DNA of 64,000 nucleotides from Fibrobacterota bacterium (GTDB lineage Bacteria; Fibrobacterota; Fibrobacteria; UBA11236): NCBI GenBank assembly GCA_028287465.1, contig JAQBPO010000067.1, positions 5,353 to 69,352 of the forward strand, read 5' to 3'. Shown piece by piece: positions 53,209 to 64,000 of this stretch (position 1 is its first letter; each line of letters starts with the position of its first letter). The notes under the pieces were generated by a model. It saw only the letters and a program-made list of their open reading frames with translations, ran no database searches and was not told where the DNA came from. The position numbers and the translations under genes were made by a program.

Positions 53209-54963
53209 TCAACGGATCGGAACAGCCATTTTGCGCCCCAGCCACCAGGCCGGATCCCTTCCTGCTGCGGCCTTTCGAGCCGGCCAACGGGGCGCCGGCC
53301 CGATCTTCCCGACCGCTGCCGTCGGCTTTTCGTCCCAGGGAACCTTGGTCCCCGTCTTCGCCGAATCCAAAAGGCTGCCGATATTGTTCACCACGGCATC
53401 GCGGGTCCGCAGCTGGCCGGTGGCCCCTCCCAGCCAGTTCCATTCGATGAACCGGATGATGGACGCATGTTCCAGGCGGACATGCGATACGGTATTGGCC
53501 GCCGCGAACGGGCCGATGGCCAGGAAGGGATGGCGCGGTCCATAGGGGATCCCATCCACCGCGCTTACCGGGGGAGGCGCTACATGGTCGTAATAGCCGC
53601 CGGATTCGTCATAGGTCAACAGGATGAGGGTATTGTCCTTGTAGCGGGAGGACGCCTGGACCGCATCGACCACGCCTTTGACGAAGGCGACACCCGCGCT
53701 GATGAGGGTGCCTCCGTGCTCGGTCCTGATCCCCAGGGGCTTGATGTAGGCCACCGGGGGCAGTTCCCCGGCGGCCACGTCCGACGCGAATCGCGAGAAG
53801 TCCCGGTTGGCCCCTTGCCTGGCCCGGAAGGCCGGGTAATACAGGAAGGGATTGTCGCTGGGATCATAGTACTGGGGATAACAGTGGGAGGTATCGTGAT
53901 CGGTAAGCTTGACGTTCAGGCCCTCGCCGTACCAGGCCCAATCCACCTTGCAGCCGTCGAGGAGATCGCCGATGGTCGGTTCCGTGAAATCCCGGATGGA
54001 CGCGGGGTCGGCGCATTCCTTGCCCGGTCCGTCCGGGACCGCGGAATTGTCCGTGAAAACGTAGGCGCCCCGGGCAAGGTACATGTCGTTCATGCTGCTG
54101 GCCCCGGCGGCGGACTGGAAGTACCGATCCCCCATGGCGTAGCGCGCGGCGTAATCCCAATAGCCTCCGACCGTGGGACGGTCCGAGACGGCGAAGTTGC
54201 GGGGATTGCCGCCGCAGGACGCCCCGGAAACGAACCGGTCCATCAATCCCCCGTTGATCTCGGAAACCTCGCAGGCCATGCTGTGGTTGGGATCGAAGGC
54301 CGCGTTCTCCTGGTCCGTCAGAAGGGTCCGCGCCGTTCCCTGGAGGGTGGCCGGGGCCTTCTCGCAGCAGGCCGGTCCGGTCGTGCAGAAGGGGTTGGAG
54401 CCGACCGGGGCCGTGCAATAGTTCCCGAAATAGGCATCGAAGGATTTGTTCTCCTGCACGATGACGATCAGGTGCTTGATGGCCGAGGTCGTGCGGCCCG
54501 CTTCCGGACAGGCAGGGGCGATGGCCGTGGCGGTCACGGACTTGCTGACCGCCTTCTGGAGGTAGCCGTCATCATAGAGATAGCGGAACCGGAAGCTATG
54601 GCCCGCGGCGCCCCAACCGGTGGTCCGCCAGGTTCCGGCGGTGGCCCCATTCGTATAGATGAAGGTCTTGTAGGCTTTTCCGGAATCCCCATCCTGATAC
54701 GCCGCGATCCAGTCCTTGGCGGGGCTGCCCGCGGGCGCCGTCCAGGCGACCGTCACGGCCCCGCCCGCCACCACGGTGGTCGGTTCCACGGTGAGCGAAT
54801 AATCCGCTGCGGCCGCGGCCCTTATCGTCCCGACGCCGCCGCTCGCCGCCATGGCCGGCCGGCACAAACCGGATGCGAAGGCGATGGCGGCAAGTGCCGT
54901 CCTGAAACGGATCGATTCGGAAGCGGAACCGGCGCGCCGCCGGAAAGGAACGGTCGAATCCAT
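53209..54963 (-). CDS. Secreted phosphoesterase-family protein (phospholipase C / acid phosphatase AcpA type)
   Basis: Hallmark HLIVIVQENKSFDAYFG, with a signal peptide. High-GC codon usage, so native rather than part of the island. The antisense ORF 53167..55035 was rejected. Confidence 0.85.
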   Translation of the reverse strand: MDSTVPFRRRAGSASESIRFRTALAAIAFASGLCRPAMAASGGVGTIRAAAAADYSLTVEPTTVVAGGAVTVAWTAPAGSPAKDWIAAYQDGDSGKAYKTFIYTNGATAGTWRTTGWGAAGHSFRFRYLYDDGYLQKAVSKSVTATAIAPACPEAGRTTSAIKHLIVIVQENKSFDAYFGNYCTAPVGSNPFCTTGPACCEKAPATLQGTARTLLTDQENAAFDPNHSMACEVSEINGGLMDRFVSGASCGGNPRNFAVSDRPTVGGYWDYAARYAMGDRYFQSAAGASSMNDMYLARGAYVFTDNSAVPDGPGKECADPASIRDFTEPTIGDLLDGCKVDWAWYGEGLNVKLTDHDTSHCYPQYYDPSDNPFLYYPAFRARQGANRDFSRFASDVAAGELPPVAYIKPLGIRTEHGGTLISAGVAFVKGVVDAVQASSRYKDNTLILLTYDESGGYYDHVAPPPVSAVDGIPYGPRHPFLAIGPFAAANTVSHVRLEHASIIRFIEWNWLGGATGQLRTRDAVVNNIGSLLDSAKTGTKVPWDEKPTAAVGKIGPAPRWPARKAAAGRDPAWWLGRKMAVPIR

Positions 54964-55066
54964 GGTCTCATATCCCCCCGTAAACGGATTCCCGAACGGG
55001 CCCCGTCACCTTTAAGGAACCCGATTCGAATATAGGGGGGCCGGCCGTCGCCCGCGCCGCGAATGT

Positions 55067-56701
55067 TCAGTCGCCGTGAAAGATAAGGACGGCGGATGGG
55101 GAATTGGGAAAACCGAGACGGCCCGTAATATCACGACCGCGGCCGGCGTTCCCGAAGGATGGCGAACCCGTCCTCGCCGATCCCGCCAAGGGGCGGATGG
55201 CCACGGCGATGCCGGCTTGCAGGCTCAGTTTCGCGTTCAGGCGGCCATGCCCGTAATGGGTGTCGAACCCCGGGGTGTCCAGGGACGGGTCCCCTACGCC
55301 ATCCTCCGCTCCCGCTTCCAACAGGCGCTTGATCTCCGCGGGCTTCCGGGTGGGGTCCTGCGCCAGCAGGAGGGCGCATACGCCGGTCACGTGGGGCGCG
55401 GCCTGGGACGTGCCGCTCCAGTAGCTTTCGTAATTGGACGTATTCGCGGGATCCAACCCGTAGATGGCGTTGCCCGGAGCGCATAACGAGATATGCGAAC
55501 CGAAATTGCTGCCCTTGGTCGTATCCCATGGGAATGATTTCACCCACTGATCGTCCGGACCGGTGGCGCCCACGGCCACGACCCCGGGGAATGCGGCCGG
55601 ATATTGCGGGATGGCCCTGCGCTCGTTCCCCATGGAAACGACTATGGTGACGTTCTTCTGCAGGGCGTATTCGACCGCGGTGCGCAGGGAGGTCACGTTC
55701 CCGTCCTCGCCGCCCAGGGACATGTTCAGGATGCGCGCGCCGTTGTCGACCGCGTAACGGATGCCCGCCGCCCACCAGCTGTAATAGCCCCAATTGTCCC
55801 GGTTCAAAACCTTCACCGGCATGATGCGGCAGCGCGCCACCCCGGCCAAACCTACTCCGTTGTCCCGCATGGCGCCGATGATGCCCGCCACGTTGGTACC
55901 GTGGCCCAGATCGTCGCCTACGTTGGCGGTCCCGGGCGTGCCCTCGTTGGCCGCATCGTTGGCGAAGGACCAGCCGTGCACGTCGTCGATGAACCCGTTG
56001 CCGTCGTCGTCCTTGCCGTTGCCGGCTATCTCCGAATCGTTGGCCCATACGCGGGCGGCCAGATCCGGATGGTTCACGTTGAGGCCGCAGTCCAGCACCG
56101 CCACCGTGATGGTTTCGCTGCCGGGGTTGATGGCCCAGGCCTCCACGGCCTCGATGTCCGCTCCCGCCTTGGCCTGGATGTCGGCGAACTTGCGCGAACC
56201 CGTATTCTTGAGCCCGTACTGGCGGTTGAAGAACGGATCGTCGGGATCGGCGGCGATCGCGGAACCGGAGGCGCCATGGCCATGGCCGATGCCGTCCGCT
56301 TCCACCAGATCGAATTTCCCCGTGGCGCGATAGGCGTCGGCCATCGCCTTGGCGGAGAGCCTGCCTTTGGGGAAGCGCAGGATCAGGGTGCCTTCCCTTT
56401 CGTCCCATGGGCACATGCGGAGTATCGCCTTGCCTGCGAAGCGGCGGCCAAGGCTGTCGAGGGGGGCGGACTTGAAGCGGAGGTAACGCGCGAGTTTCCC
56501 GCCGGGGGCGATTGCGGCGGGGGTCGCCGAGGCCGCGGCAGGCACGGATTCCAATCCGGCGGATACCTTGGGGCGGACCAACAGTCGGATTTCATCGGGG
56601 AGGACGCCGGGAGCGGAGGCGAAGGCGGGCCGGCATAATAGGTTCAGGCCAAGGGTAACGCCCAGGGTAAGGAAAAGGGTCTTTCGGAAAAGGGACGGCA
56701 T
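55067..56701 (-). CDS. Secreted subtilisin-like serine peptidase (S8 family)
   Basis: Signal peptide. Catalytic triad regions VAVLDCG (Asp), HGTNVAG (His), GTSQAAPHV (Ser). Confidence 0.85.
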   Translation of the reverse strand: MPSLFRKTLFLTLGVTLGLNLLCRPAFASAPGVLPDEIRLLVRPKVSAGLESVPAAASATPAAIAPGGKLARYLRFKSAPLDSLGRRFAGKAILRMCPWDEREGTLILRFPKGRLSAKAMADAYRATGKFDLVEADGIGHGHGASGSAIAADPDDPFFNRQYGLKNTGSRKFADIQAKAGADIEAVEAWAINPGSETITVAVLDCGLNVNHPDLAARVWANDSEIAGNGKDDDGNGFIDDVHGWSFANDAANEGTPGTANVGDDLGHGTNVAGIIGAMRDNGVGLAGVARCRIMPVKVLNRDNWGYYSWWAAGIRYAVDNGARILNMSLGGEDGNVTSLRTAVEYALQKNVTIVVSMGNERRAIPQYPAAFPGVVAVGATGPDDQWVKSFPWDTTKGSNFGSHISLCAPGNAIYGLDPANTSNYESYWSGTSQAAPHVTGVCALLLAQDPTRKPAEIKRLLEAGAEDGVGDPSLDTPGFDTHYGHGRLNAKLSLQAGIAVAIRPLAGSARTGSPSFGNAGRGRDITGRLGFPNSPSAVLIFHGD

Positions 56702-56859
56702 GCGGCGACCTCCGGTCCGATTGGGTCAACAACCGGTAAACCGTAATTGTACGGTGTTTGCGGGCCATGTCAAGCGGCCTTTTGGGCATTAAGGCCGGCA
56801 TGTCCGCAGGCCGCGGTTATTGGAGCGGTTTTCGCGAATGAGCGGTGCGACCGTCCGGG

Positions 56860-58254
<1,395 letters not shown>

Positions 58255-58296
58255 AAGGCCCCCGGTCGCAGTGACTGCGGATTTGAAGCGGAAGAA

Positions 58297-59595
58297 TCAG
58301 ATTTCGAGGAGGATCCGCGCAGGATCCTCAAGCGTATCCTTGATGCGTTTCAGGAAGGTCACGGCCTCGCGGCCGTCGACGATGCGGTGATCGTAGGTCA
58401 GGGCCACGTACATCATGGGCCGGATCACCACCTGGCCGTCGCGCGCCACGGGGCGGTCCTGGATGGAATGCATTCCGAGGACGCCGCTCTGGGGCGGATT
58501 CACGATGGGCGTGGAAAGCAGGGAGCCATAGACGCCGCCGTTGCTGATGGTGAAGGTGCCGCCTTGCAATTCTTCCAGCTTGAGGGTGTTCGCCTGGGCG
58601 CGCTTGGCCAATTCGGCTATCGCGAGCTCGACTTGGGCGAAACCCATGGCCTCCACGTTGCGGAGCACGGGGACGACCAGGCCCTTGCCGCCGCCCACGG
58701 CCACGCCGATATCGTAATAATGCTTGTAGATGATCTCGTTGCCGCGGATCTCGGCATTGATCTGCGGGATCAGCTTGAGCGCTTCCACCGCCGCCTTGAC
58801 GAAGAAGGACATGAATCCGAGCTTGACCCCGTACTTCTTTACGAAAGCGTCCTGGTGCCGCTTGCGCAGTTCCATCATCTCGGACATGTCGATTTCGTTG
58901 AACGTCGTCAACAGGGCCGCGGTCTGCTGGGCTTGGACCAGGCGTTCCGCCACCTTGCGGCGGAGCATGCTCATGGGCACGGCCTCCTCCGAGCGGGACC
59001 CTGCGATATTGGCATTGGCGGCTTTCGCCTCATGGGCCAAGGAGGGGCCTGGAGGCGGATTGGCCTTGGCTTCGGCGGCCTTCAGGGCGTCTTCCTTCAG
59101 TAGCCGGTTGCCCGGGCCCGTTGCTTGCGCGTCCGCGGCGGAGAGGCCGCTTTCGGCCAAGACGCGCGCGGCGGCCGGCATCACGGTGGCTCCGGGCTTG
59201 CCGGGCTCATCCTTCTTGATGACGGCGATCTTGCCGGTTTCGGGACCGAAGTTCATGCCGGAGGATTTGGCCGGGCCGTCCTGCGCGGGCGCGGCCTTGG
59301 CGGCTTCGCTTTCGGGCTTGGCGGTCTTGGTGCCGCCGGCGGGAGCGGCCGGACCCGCGCCTTCTTCCAGGTAGCCGATGACTTCGCCCACCTTGGCGAC
59401 CGAGCCTTTCGCCTTCAGGATCTTGGTGAGCACGCCCGCGACGGGAGCGGGCAATTCGACCGTGGCCTTGTCGGTTTCGATGACGGCAAGGTTCCCGTCA
59501 CGTTCCACGCGGTCGCCTTCCTTTTTCAGCCACTCGACTATCTGCACTTCGGTAATGGATTCGCCCACCTTGGGCACGACGAGTTCGATGGCCAT
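58297..59595 (-). CDS. sucB: 2-oxoacid dehydrogenase E2 (dihydrolipoamide succinyltransferase type) with a single lipoyl domain
   Basis: Start MAIELVVPK. Lipoyl-Lys context IETDKAT. Catalytic DHRxxDG (DHRIVDG). Located next to lpd and a sucA-like gene. Confidence 0.8.
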   Translation of the reverse strand: MAIELVVPKVGESITEVQIVEWLKKEGDRVERDGNLAVIETDKATVELPAPVAGVLTKILKAKGSVAKVGEVIGYLEEGAGPAAPAGGTKTAKPESEAAKAAPAQDGPAKSSGMNFGPETGKIAVIKKDEPGKPGATVMPAAARVLAESGLSAADAQATGPGNRLLKEDALKAAEAKANPPPGPSLAHEAKAANANIAGSRSEEAVPMSMLRRKVAERLVQAQQTAALLTTFNEIDMSEMMELRKRHQDAFVKKYGVKLGFMSFFVKAAVEALKLIPQINAEIRGNEIIYKHYYDIGVAVGGGKGLVVPVLRNVEAMGFAQVELAIAELAKRAQANTLKLEELQGGTFTISNGGVYGSLLSTPIVNPPQSGVLGMHSIQDRPVARDGQVVIRPMMYVALTYDHRIVDGREAVTFLKRIKDTLEDPARILLEI

Positions 59596-59963
59596 GCAAA
59601 TGCTCCTATGCGTCCGGTCCGGCTCCGCGCCGTAGAGGGTCAAAAGTAATTTTTTACGGCGGGAACGACATCCCTTTCCCCGAAGGCCGCTGGTATTGGG
59701 GTCCAATTGGGAAGGCGGATGGGCGGGCGCGGACGTAATCGCGGCGCCTGCAGGCGACCGGGACCCTGTCGGCGCGCTTTCGGAAACCCCGCCGACGATC
59801 GGCGCGGCGCTCGGTCCGGCCCTCGGTCCCGATGCCCGCCTATCCTGCCGGGATTTGACCCAAAGCCTCGTTATAACGTAGTTGTAATTAAGACCGTTGT
59901 ACCGCATTAGTGCTTGCAATCGACCAATTTTCAGGGTCGTTAATCCGCGTGTGGAGGCGAAAA

Positions 59964-61802
59964 ATGGGAACTCAAAATTCGAAATCGATCGGCGCGCTCG
60001 CCGTGCTCGGGCTGCTGGGAATGTACCTGCCTTCGATCGCGCAGGACCCCCCCTTGGACCCGCCCGCCTTGGAGAATATCGAAGACACGACCAATATCCG
60101 GGTGATCGCCCCGACCAATACCATGCAGGGTACCCGCGGCCTCAGCCAGACTTCCTCCGCGGAGGCCTTGGGCGAGGGCCGGCTGATCCTGGGTCTCAAT
60201 GTCCCATGGTACCGCCAGGAGCGGCAGTTCCAGGGCGTGCCGAACCGCAACGCGGACATCTTCACCGGGGTGGGGACCATTTCCTACGGCATCAGCCGGC
60301 AATGGGACATCTTCGCCTCCTTGACGGCCTACGGTACGCAGAACTACTCCACCTCGGACGCTTCCGGACTGGGGACCGTAGGCGGCGGCATCCAGGCCAC
60401 CTTGCCCTTCGCGACCAATACGCCCATCCGGCTGGCCGCCCAGGCGGCGATCTACAACGGCATTTCCGAAAACCCCATCGACAGCAACTTCGGGAGCGGC
60501 TACAGCTACTTCGAAACCCGCACCGGCGTGGACGTGCACGGAAGCCTGATCCAGACCCTGGTCTCGGGCGGCGAGGCCTCGGCCTTCAAGCTCCATTTCA
60601 ACGAAGGGGTGGTCACATCCCTCGAGTCCGGGGTGCAACCGCTCTTGCTCCTGGCCTCGGGCGTGCAATACAACTTTCCCGTGGCCGCCGTCGGCCTGGA
60701 ATTGCATTCGCGCACCCAACTCAACGATGTGGCCTTCACCACCGACCCCTTATGGCTCACGCCATCCCTCCAAATCCGCACCGGCTACAACCTGAACCTG
60801 TCCATGGGCAGCGACATCTCCATGTCCCGGGAAAGGAACAGTCCGTCCGATGCGCGCGCCCTGGAACCCTACCGCCTTTTCGGCGGCGTGGCATTCACCT
60901 TCGATACCCAGGCCGATAAGCGTCGGCAGGAGAAAATGCAGGCCTGGAAGGTGAGCCAGGATAAAGCCCGGCTCCGCGCCCGTAACGCGGAGCTCGCCCA
61001 GAAGGCGCGCAATGACTCCATCGCGGCGGCCAACGCCAACGCGCAAATCACCAATATCACCGTCCAGAACGAGAGCCTCAGCGCCCAGGCCCGCCAGGAT
61101 TCCCTCTCGATGGCGGAGAAGTCCAGGCAGGATTCCCTGGCGCTTCTCGATGCCCGCCAGCGGCTCGCCCGGGAGCGCGCCAGCCGCAGCGACATGGAGA
61201 ACCAGTTGCTGACCACGGGTCTGCTGGTGATGGACGCCGTCTACTTCGAGACCGGAAAGACGGACATCTCCATCAACTCCCAGCCGTACCTCAACATGCT
61301 GGCGAAAATGCTCACCAAGTATCCCAAGCTCCAAATAGAGGTGGGCGGCCATACCGACAACGTGGGCAGCGAAACCTATAACCAGCGACTTAGCGAAGGC
61401 CGTGCAAGGGCCGTCATGACCTATATGGTCAGCCAGGTTCCGGAACTCAGCGCCAGGCTCACCGCCAAGGGCTACGGGGAAGGTTCGCCCAAGGCGGACA
61501 ACAATACCGCGGATGGGCGGAAATACAACCGCCGCACCGAACTGCGCGTGATCAACAGGGACGTCCTGAGGGAGTATAACGAGCCGATCCAGACCAGCGG
61601 CACCGCGCCGGCCCCTACCGGGCATGCGGCCGGGTCCGGAACGCCGGACAGCACCCTCCAGGGCGGTACGCAGGACCAGGGCGGCATGCACCAGAATGGG
61701 ACGCAAGGCGGATCCCAGGGAGGCATGAACCAGGGTGGTTCCGCCGACGACAAATGGCATCAGGAAACGACGGCTCCCTCGAACGGTTCCGGGGCGCGAT
61801 AG
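59964..61802 (+). CDS. OmpA-family outer-membrane protein with an N-terminal beta-barrel, a Gln/Arg/Ala-rich coiled coil and a C-terminal OmpA peptidoglycan-binding domain
   Basis: GGAGG RBS and a signal peptide. RQDSL heptad-like repeats. OmpA-domain motif [18 protein letters not shown]...RRTEL. Confidence 0.8.
   Translation: MGTQNSKSIGALAVLGLLGMYLPSIAQDPPLDPPALENIEDTTNIRVIAPTNTMQGTRGLSQTSSAEALGEGRLILGLNVPWYRQERQFQGVPNRNADIFTGVGTISYGISRQWDIFASLTAYGTQNYSTSDASGLGTVGGGIQATLPFATNTPIRLAAQAAIYNGISENPIDSNFGSGYSYFETRTGVDVHGSLIQTLVSGGEASAFKLHFNEGVVTSLESGVQPLLLLASGVQYNFPVAAVGLELHSRTQLNDVAFTTDPLWLTPSLQIRTGYNLNLSMGSDISMSRERNSPSDARALEPYRLFGGVAFTFDTQADKRRQEKMQAWKVSQDKARLRARNAELAQKARNDSIAAANANAQITNITVQNESLSAQARQDSLSMAEKSRQDSLALLDARQRLARERASRSDMENQLLTTGLLVMDAVYFETGKTDISINSQPYLNMLAKMLTKYPKLQIEVGGHTDNVGSETYNQRLSEGRARAVMTYMVSQVPELSARLTAKGYGEGSPKADNNTADGRKYNRRTELRVINRDVLREYNEPIQTSGTAPAPTGHAAGSGTPDSTLQGGTQDQGGMHQNGTQGGSQGGMNQGGSADDKWHQETTAPSNGSGAR
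61130..61640. repeat. Segment of about 510 bp duplicated at 62490-63000 (about 80% identical); encodes the coiled-coil plus OmpA domain
   Basis: Direct comparison of the two gene 3' halves. Confidence 0.7.
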
Positions 61803-62105
61803 CCGGCCTTTCGGATTCCTTTACGCTTTTCCATGCGGCCGGGACCAACCCCGGCCGCTTTCCTTTTGGGGCCCATCCTCTTCCGGTCAGTCCTTTTTCC
61901 GGGTCCGATTCGATAAGGCCGCGTCCCGGTGTCGGTTTCGTTAACACCAAGGTTACCCCTCGCCGGTCATCACCTCCGCGAATCCAGCGGACCCGTTTGC
62001 AATGCGCGGGGCGGAAACGTAGTTGTAGGAAAGATGCCCTTTTGGCAACCCGTCCTCCGGGAATAGGAACCCGGACGGCAACTTTACGGAAAAGGAGGCG
62101 ACCGG

Positions 62106-63023
62106 ATGATGAGCGGAAAACCGAAATCCAGTTTCACGATGGCGATGACGGCGGCGGCATTTATGGCGGCGTCCTTGATCTCCCTTGCGGAGGCCCAGCA
62201 GACCCGCCCGGCCAGGAAATTCGTGGTCGTGGATCCCCCCGCGGATACCCGGAGCAAGGACACCGTCGTGGTCAAAGGCCAGGTGCAGGCCAGGCCGGCC
62301 GCCCAGGCCGCCGCCCCCCGGACCGCTGCCCAGCCCGGCACTCCCCGGCAGACCAACATAACGGTGCAGAACGGCGATCAGGCCCCCAAGGCGCGCCAGG
62401 ATTCCTTGGCGCAGGCGCTGGCGGAAAAGGCCCGGCGCGATTCCCTGGCCATGGCGCAGAAGGCCGGACAGGACTCCGCCGCCAACGCGGCCCGCGCGAG
62501 ACAGGATTCCCTGGCGCTCGCGGATGCCGATCGGAGGCTGCAGGAGGAACGCTCCAAGCGCAGCGAAATGGAGAACCAGCTCCTCACCACGGGCCTCCTG
62601 GTCCTGGACGCGGTGTATTTCGAAACCGGCAAGACGGATATCTCCATCAACTCCAAGCCCTACCTGGACATGCTCGCCAAGATGCTGACCAAGTATCCCA
62701 AGCTGCAGATCGAAGTGGGCGGCCATACGGACAATGTCGGAAGCGATGCCTATAACCGGAACCTGAGCCAGGGACGCTCCGCTGCGGTCATGGCCTATAT
62801 GGTAGGGAAGGCGCCCGAGCTGGCGGGCCGCCTCACGGCCAAGGGCTATGGGGAGTCCGCGCCCAAGGCGGACAATGCCACGGCCGAGGGCCGGAAATAC
62901 AACCGCCGTACCGAACTCCAGGTGCTCAACAAGGACGCGCTCAAGGAGTATAACGAACCGGCGCGCGCGAGCGGCACCGCTCCGGCTCCGACGGGCCATG
63001 CCGCGGGATCGTCGACGGATTGA
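62106..63023 (+). CDS. OmpA-family protein (short paralog: signal peptide, coiled coil, OmpA domain)
   Basis: Its C-terminal 180 aa are 80% or so identical to those of the 59964 gene. Confidence 0.8.
   Translation: MMSGKPKSSFTMAMTAAAFMAASLISLAEAQQTRPARKFVVVDPPADTRSKDTVVVKGQVQARPAAQAAAPRTAAQPGTPRQTNITVQNGDQAPKARQDSLAQALAEKARRDSLAMAQKAGQDSAANAARARQDSLALADADRRLQEERSKRSEMENQLLTTGLLVLDAVYFETGKTDISINSKPYLDMLAKMLTKYPKLQIEVGGHTDNVGSDAYNRNLSQGRSAAVMAYMVGKAPELAGRLTAKGYGESAPKADNATAEGRKYNRRTELQVLNKDALKEYNEPARASGTAPAPTGHAAGSSTD
62490..63000. repeat. Second copy of the duplicated OmpA-domain segment
   Basis: See 61130-61640. Confidence 0.7.
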
Positions 63024-63131
63024 ACATCCCGATAAGGCGCGATCCAGGCGCCGAGCGGAGAGGATGAGGATTGGAATGGCGGAAAGGCCCGGTAAACCGG
63101 GCCTTTCCCATTGCGTCGGAAGCCGGGGAAG

Positions 63132-64000
63132 CTAGCCCTCGACCTGGGTGTTCTTGAGGGTCTTGGCGGCCACTTCCGTTGCGCGCTCCCCGAAGGCCTT
63201 GGCGATCAATTGCTTCTGTTCGAGCTTGTGGCTGCTGGCGGATCCGGTGGCCGGCGTGGAGGACGCGGGGCGGTGCACGCCCTGGAAGGGATGGCGTCCC
63301 AGCAAGCGCTCTCCGAAGCGGACGCGAAGATAGCGCCAAGCGCCCATGTTCTCCGGTTCTTCCTGGACCCAGGTGACCGGGGTCCCTTCCGGGAACGGCG
63401 AAAGGGCCTGGGCCAGGGTCTGGGGATAGAGCGGGTACAATTGCTCGATGCGCAGGATGGCGATGTCCTCGCGCTTCTGCTTTTCCCGTTCATCGTCCAG
63501 TTCGTAAAAAAGCTTTCCGCTGCACATCAGGACCGACTTCACCTTGTCCGGGCGGGCGGCCGTATCCGGCAGGATGCGCTGGAAGCCCTTGGAGGTCAGG
63601 TCCTCGAGGGGCGAGACCGCGGCGGGCAGGCGCAGGAGGCTCTTGGGCGTCATGATGATGAGGGGCTTGCGCCATTGGCGCAGCATCTGGCGGCGCAAGG
63701 CGTGGAAATACTGGGCCGGGGTGGACAGGTTCATCACCTGGAAGTTGTCCTCGGCGGCCATGGCCAGGAAACGCTCCAGGCGCGCGCTGGAATGCTCCGG
63801 GCCCATGCCCTCGAACCCGTGCGGCAGGAGCATGACCAGGCCGGACAGGCGGCGCCATTTCTCTTCGGCGCTGGCGATGAACTGATCGATGATGGGCTGG
63901 GCCACGTTGACGAAGTCGCCGAACTGGGCCTCCCAGATGGTCAGCCCCTTGGGCGTGTCCAGGCTGTAGCCGTATTCGAAGCCGAGCACGCCGTTCTCGG
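63132..64000 (-). CDS. sucA: 2-oxoglutarate dehydrogenase E1 component, C-terminal part only (the gene continues past the right edge of the window)
   Basis: The C-terminal block ...[56 protein letters not shown] is typical of SucA. Confidence 0.85.
   Translation of the reverse strand, partial: ENGVLGFEYGYSLDTPKGLTIWEAQFGDFVNVAQPIIDQFIASAEEKWRRLSGLVMLLPHGFEGMGPEHSSARLERFLAMAAEDNFQVMNLSTPAQYFHALRRQMLRQWRKPLIIMTPKSLLRLPAAVSPLEDLTSKGFQRILPDTAARPDKVKSVLMCSGKLFYELDDEREKQKREDIAILRIEQLYPLYPQTLAQALSPFPEGTPVTWVQEEPENMGAWRYLRVRFGERLLGRHPFQGVHRPASSTPATGSASSHKLEQKQLIAKAFGERATEVAAKTLKNTQVEG

Noticed and set aside
53167-56638. ORFs 53167..55035 on the plus strand, 55131..56414 on the minus strand and 55604..56638 on the plus strand
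   Set aside because: They overlap the phosphoesterase and S8 peptidase genes, which carry diagnostic motifs (IVQENKSFDAYFG; the D/H/S triad).
60750-62999. ORFs 60750..61760 and 61953..62999 on the minus strand
   Set aside because: They are antisense to the two OmpA-family genes.

Overview
This 64-kb window comes from a high-G+C bacterium with an outer membrane (roughly 65-70% GC, judged by eye rather than computed). Supporting signs are Shine-Dalgarno-type ribosome-binding sites (RBS), many lipoprotein signal peptides ending in Cys, and outer-membrane beta-barrels that end in an aromatic residue. ADYC-domain and TIGR02147-family genes hint at a Myxococcota-like or FCB-group lineage, but that is inference only. 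From left to right the window contains: (1) A partial membrane-protein gene, a HAD hydrolase, an ADYC-type secreted protein, and a secreted protein built from 22 tandem GLNxxN hexapeptides encoded by an 18-bp DNA repeat. (2) A complete nitrate-assimilation locus. On the minus strand, nirA, a cysJ-like flavoprotein, a 4Fe-4S/DmsC-like membrane fusion, nasA and a nitrate-reductase-associated gene run in series, each overlapping the next by ATGA. On the plus strand are narK, a signal-peptide-less NasS-like binding protein, nrtA/B and an ATPase, and an alginate-export-family porin. (3) Prolyl oligopeptidase, a DTW tRNA modifier, an ABC-2 exporter pair, a beta-carbonic anhydrase, OsmC, a PqiA-like protein, a multicopper oxidase and an MbfA-type Fe transporter. 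(4) A KaiC homolog followed directly by a hybrid histidine kinase with a pseudo-receiver N-terminus, then a YtxJ-type thioredoxin-like protein. (5) Two paralogous modules that pair cell-envelope lipoproteins with TIGR02147-family HTH proteins; both modules carry the same 25-nt upstream motif. (6) A low-G+C island of about 5.3 kb (roughly 40-48% GC) bounded by imperfect direct repeats. It encodes four divergent small secreted paralogs with motifs reminiscent of AB5-toxin B subunits (SubB/pertussis S2-S3 type), a secreted alpha/beta-hydrolase lipase, a lipoprotein, and three copies of a CACCA-N7-TGGTG palindrome in front of its genes. This island is the best candidate for an undescribed system. 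(7) A secreted phosphoesterase (PLC/AcpA family) and an S8 peptidase. (8) lpd and sucB plus the 3' end of sucA, separated by two paralogous OmpA-family genes that share a duplicated segment of about 500 bp. I found no rRNA, tRNA, CRISPR, integrase or transposase. In this GC-rich DNA, many long ORFs in the six-frame track are antisense artefacts and were rejected.
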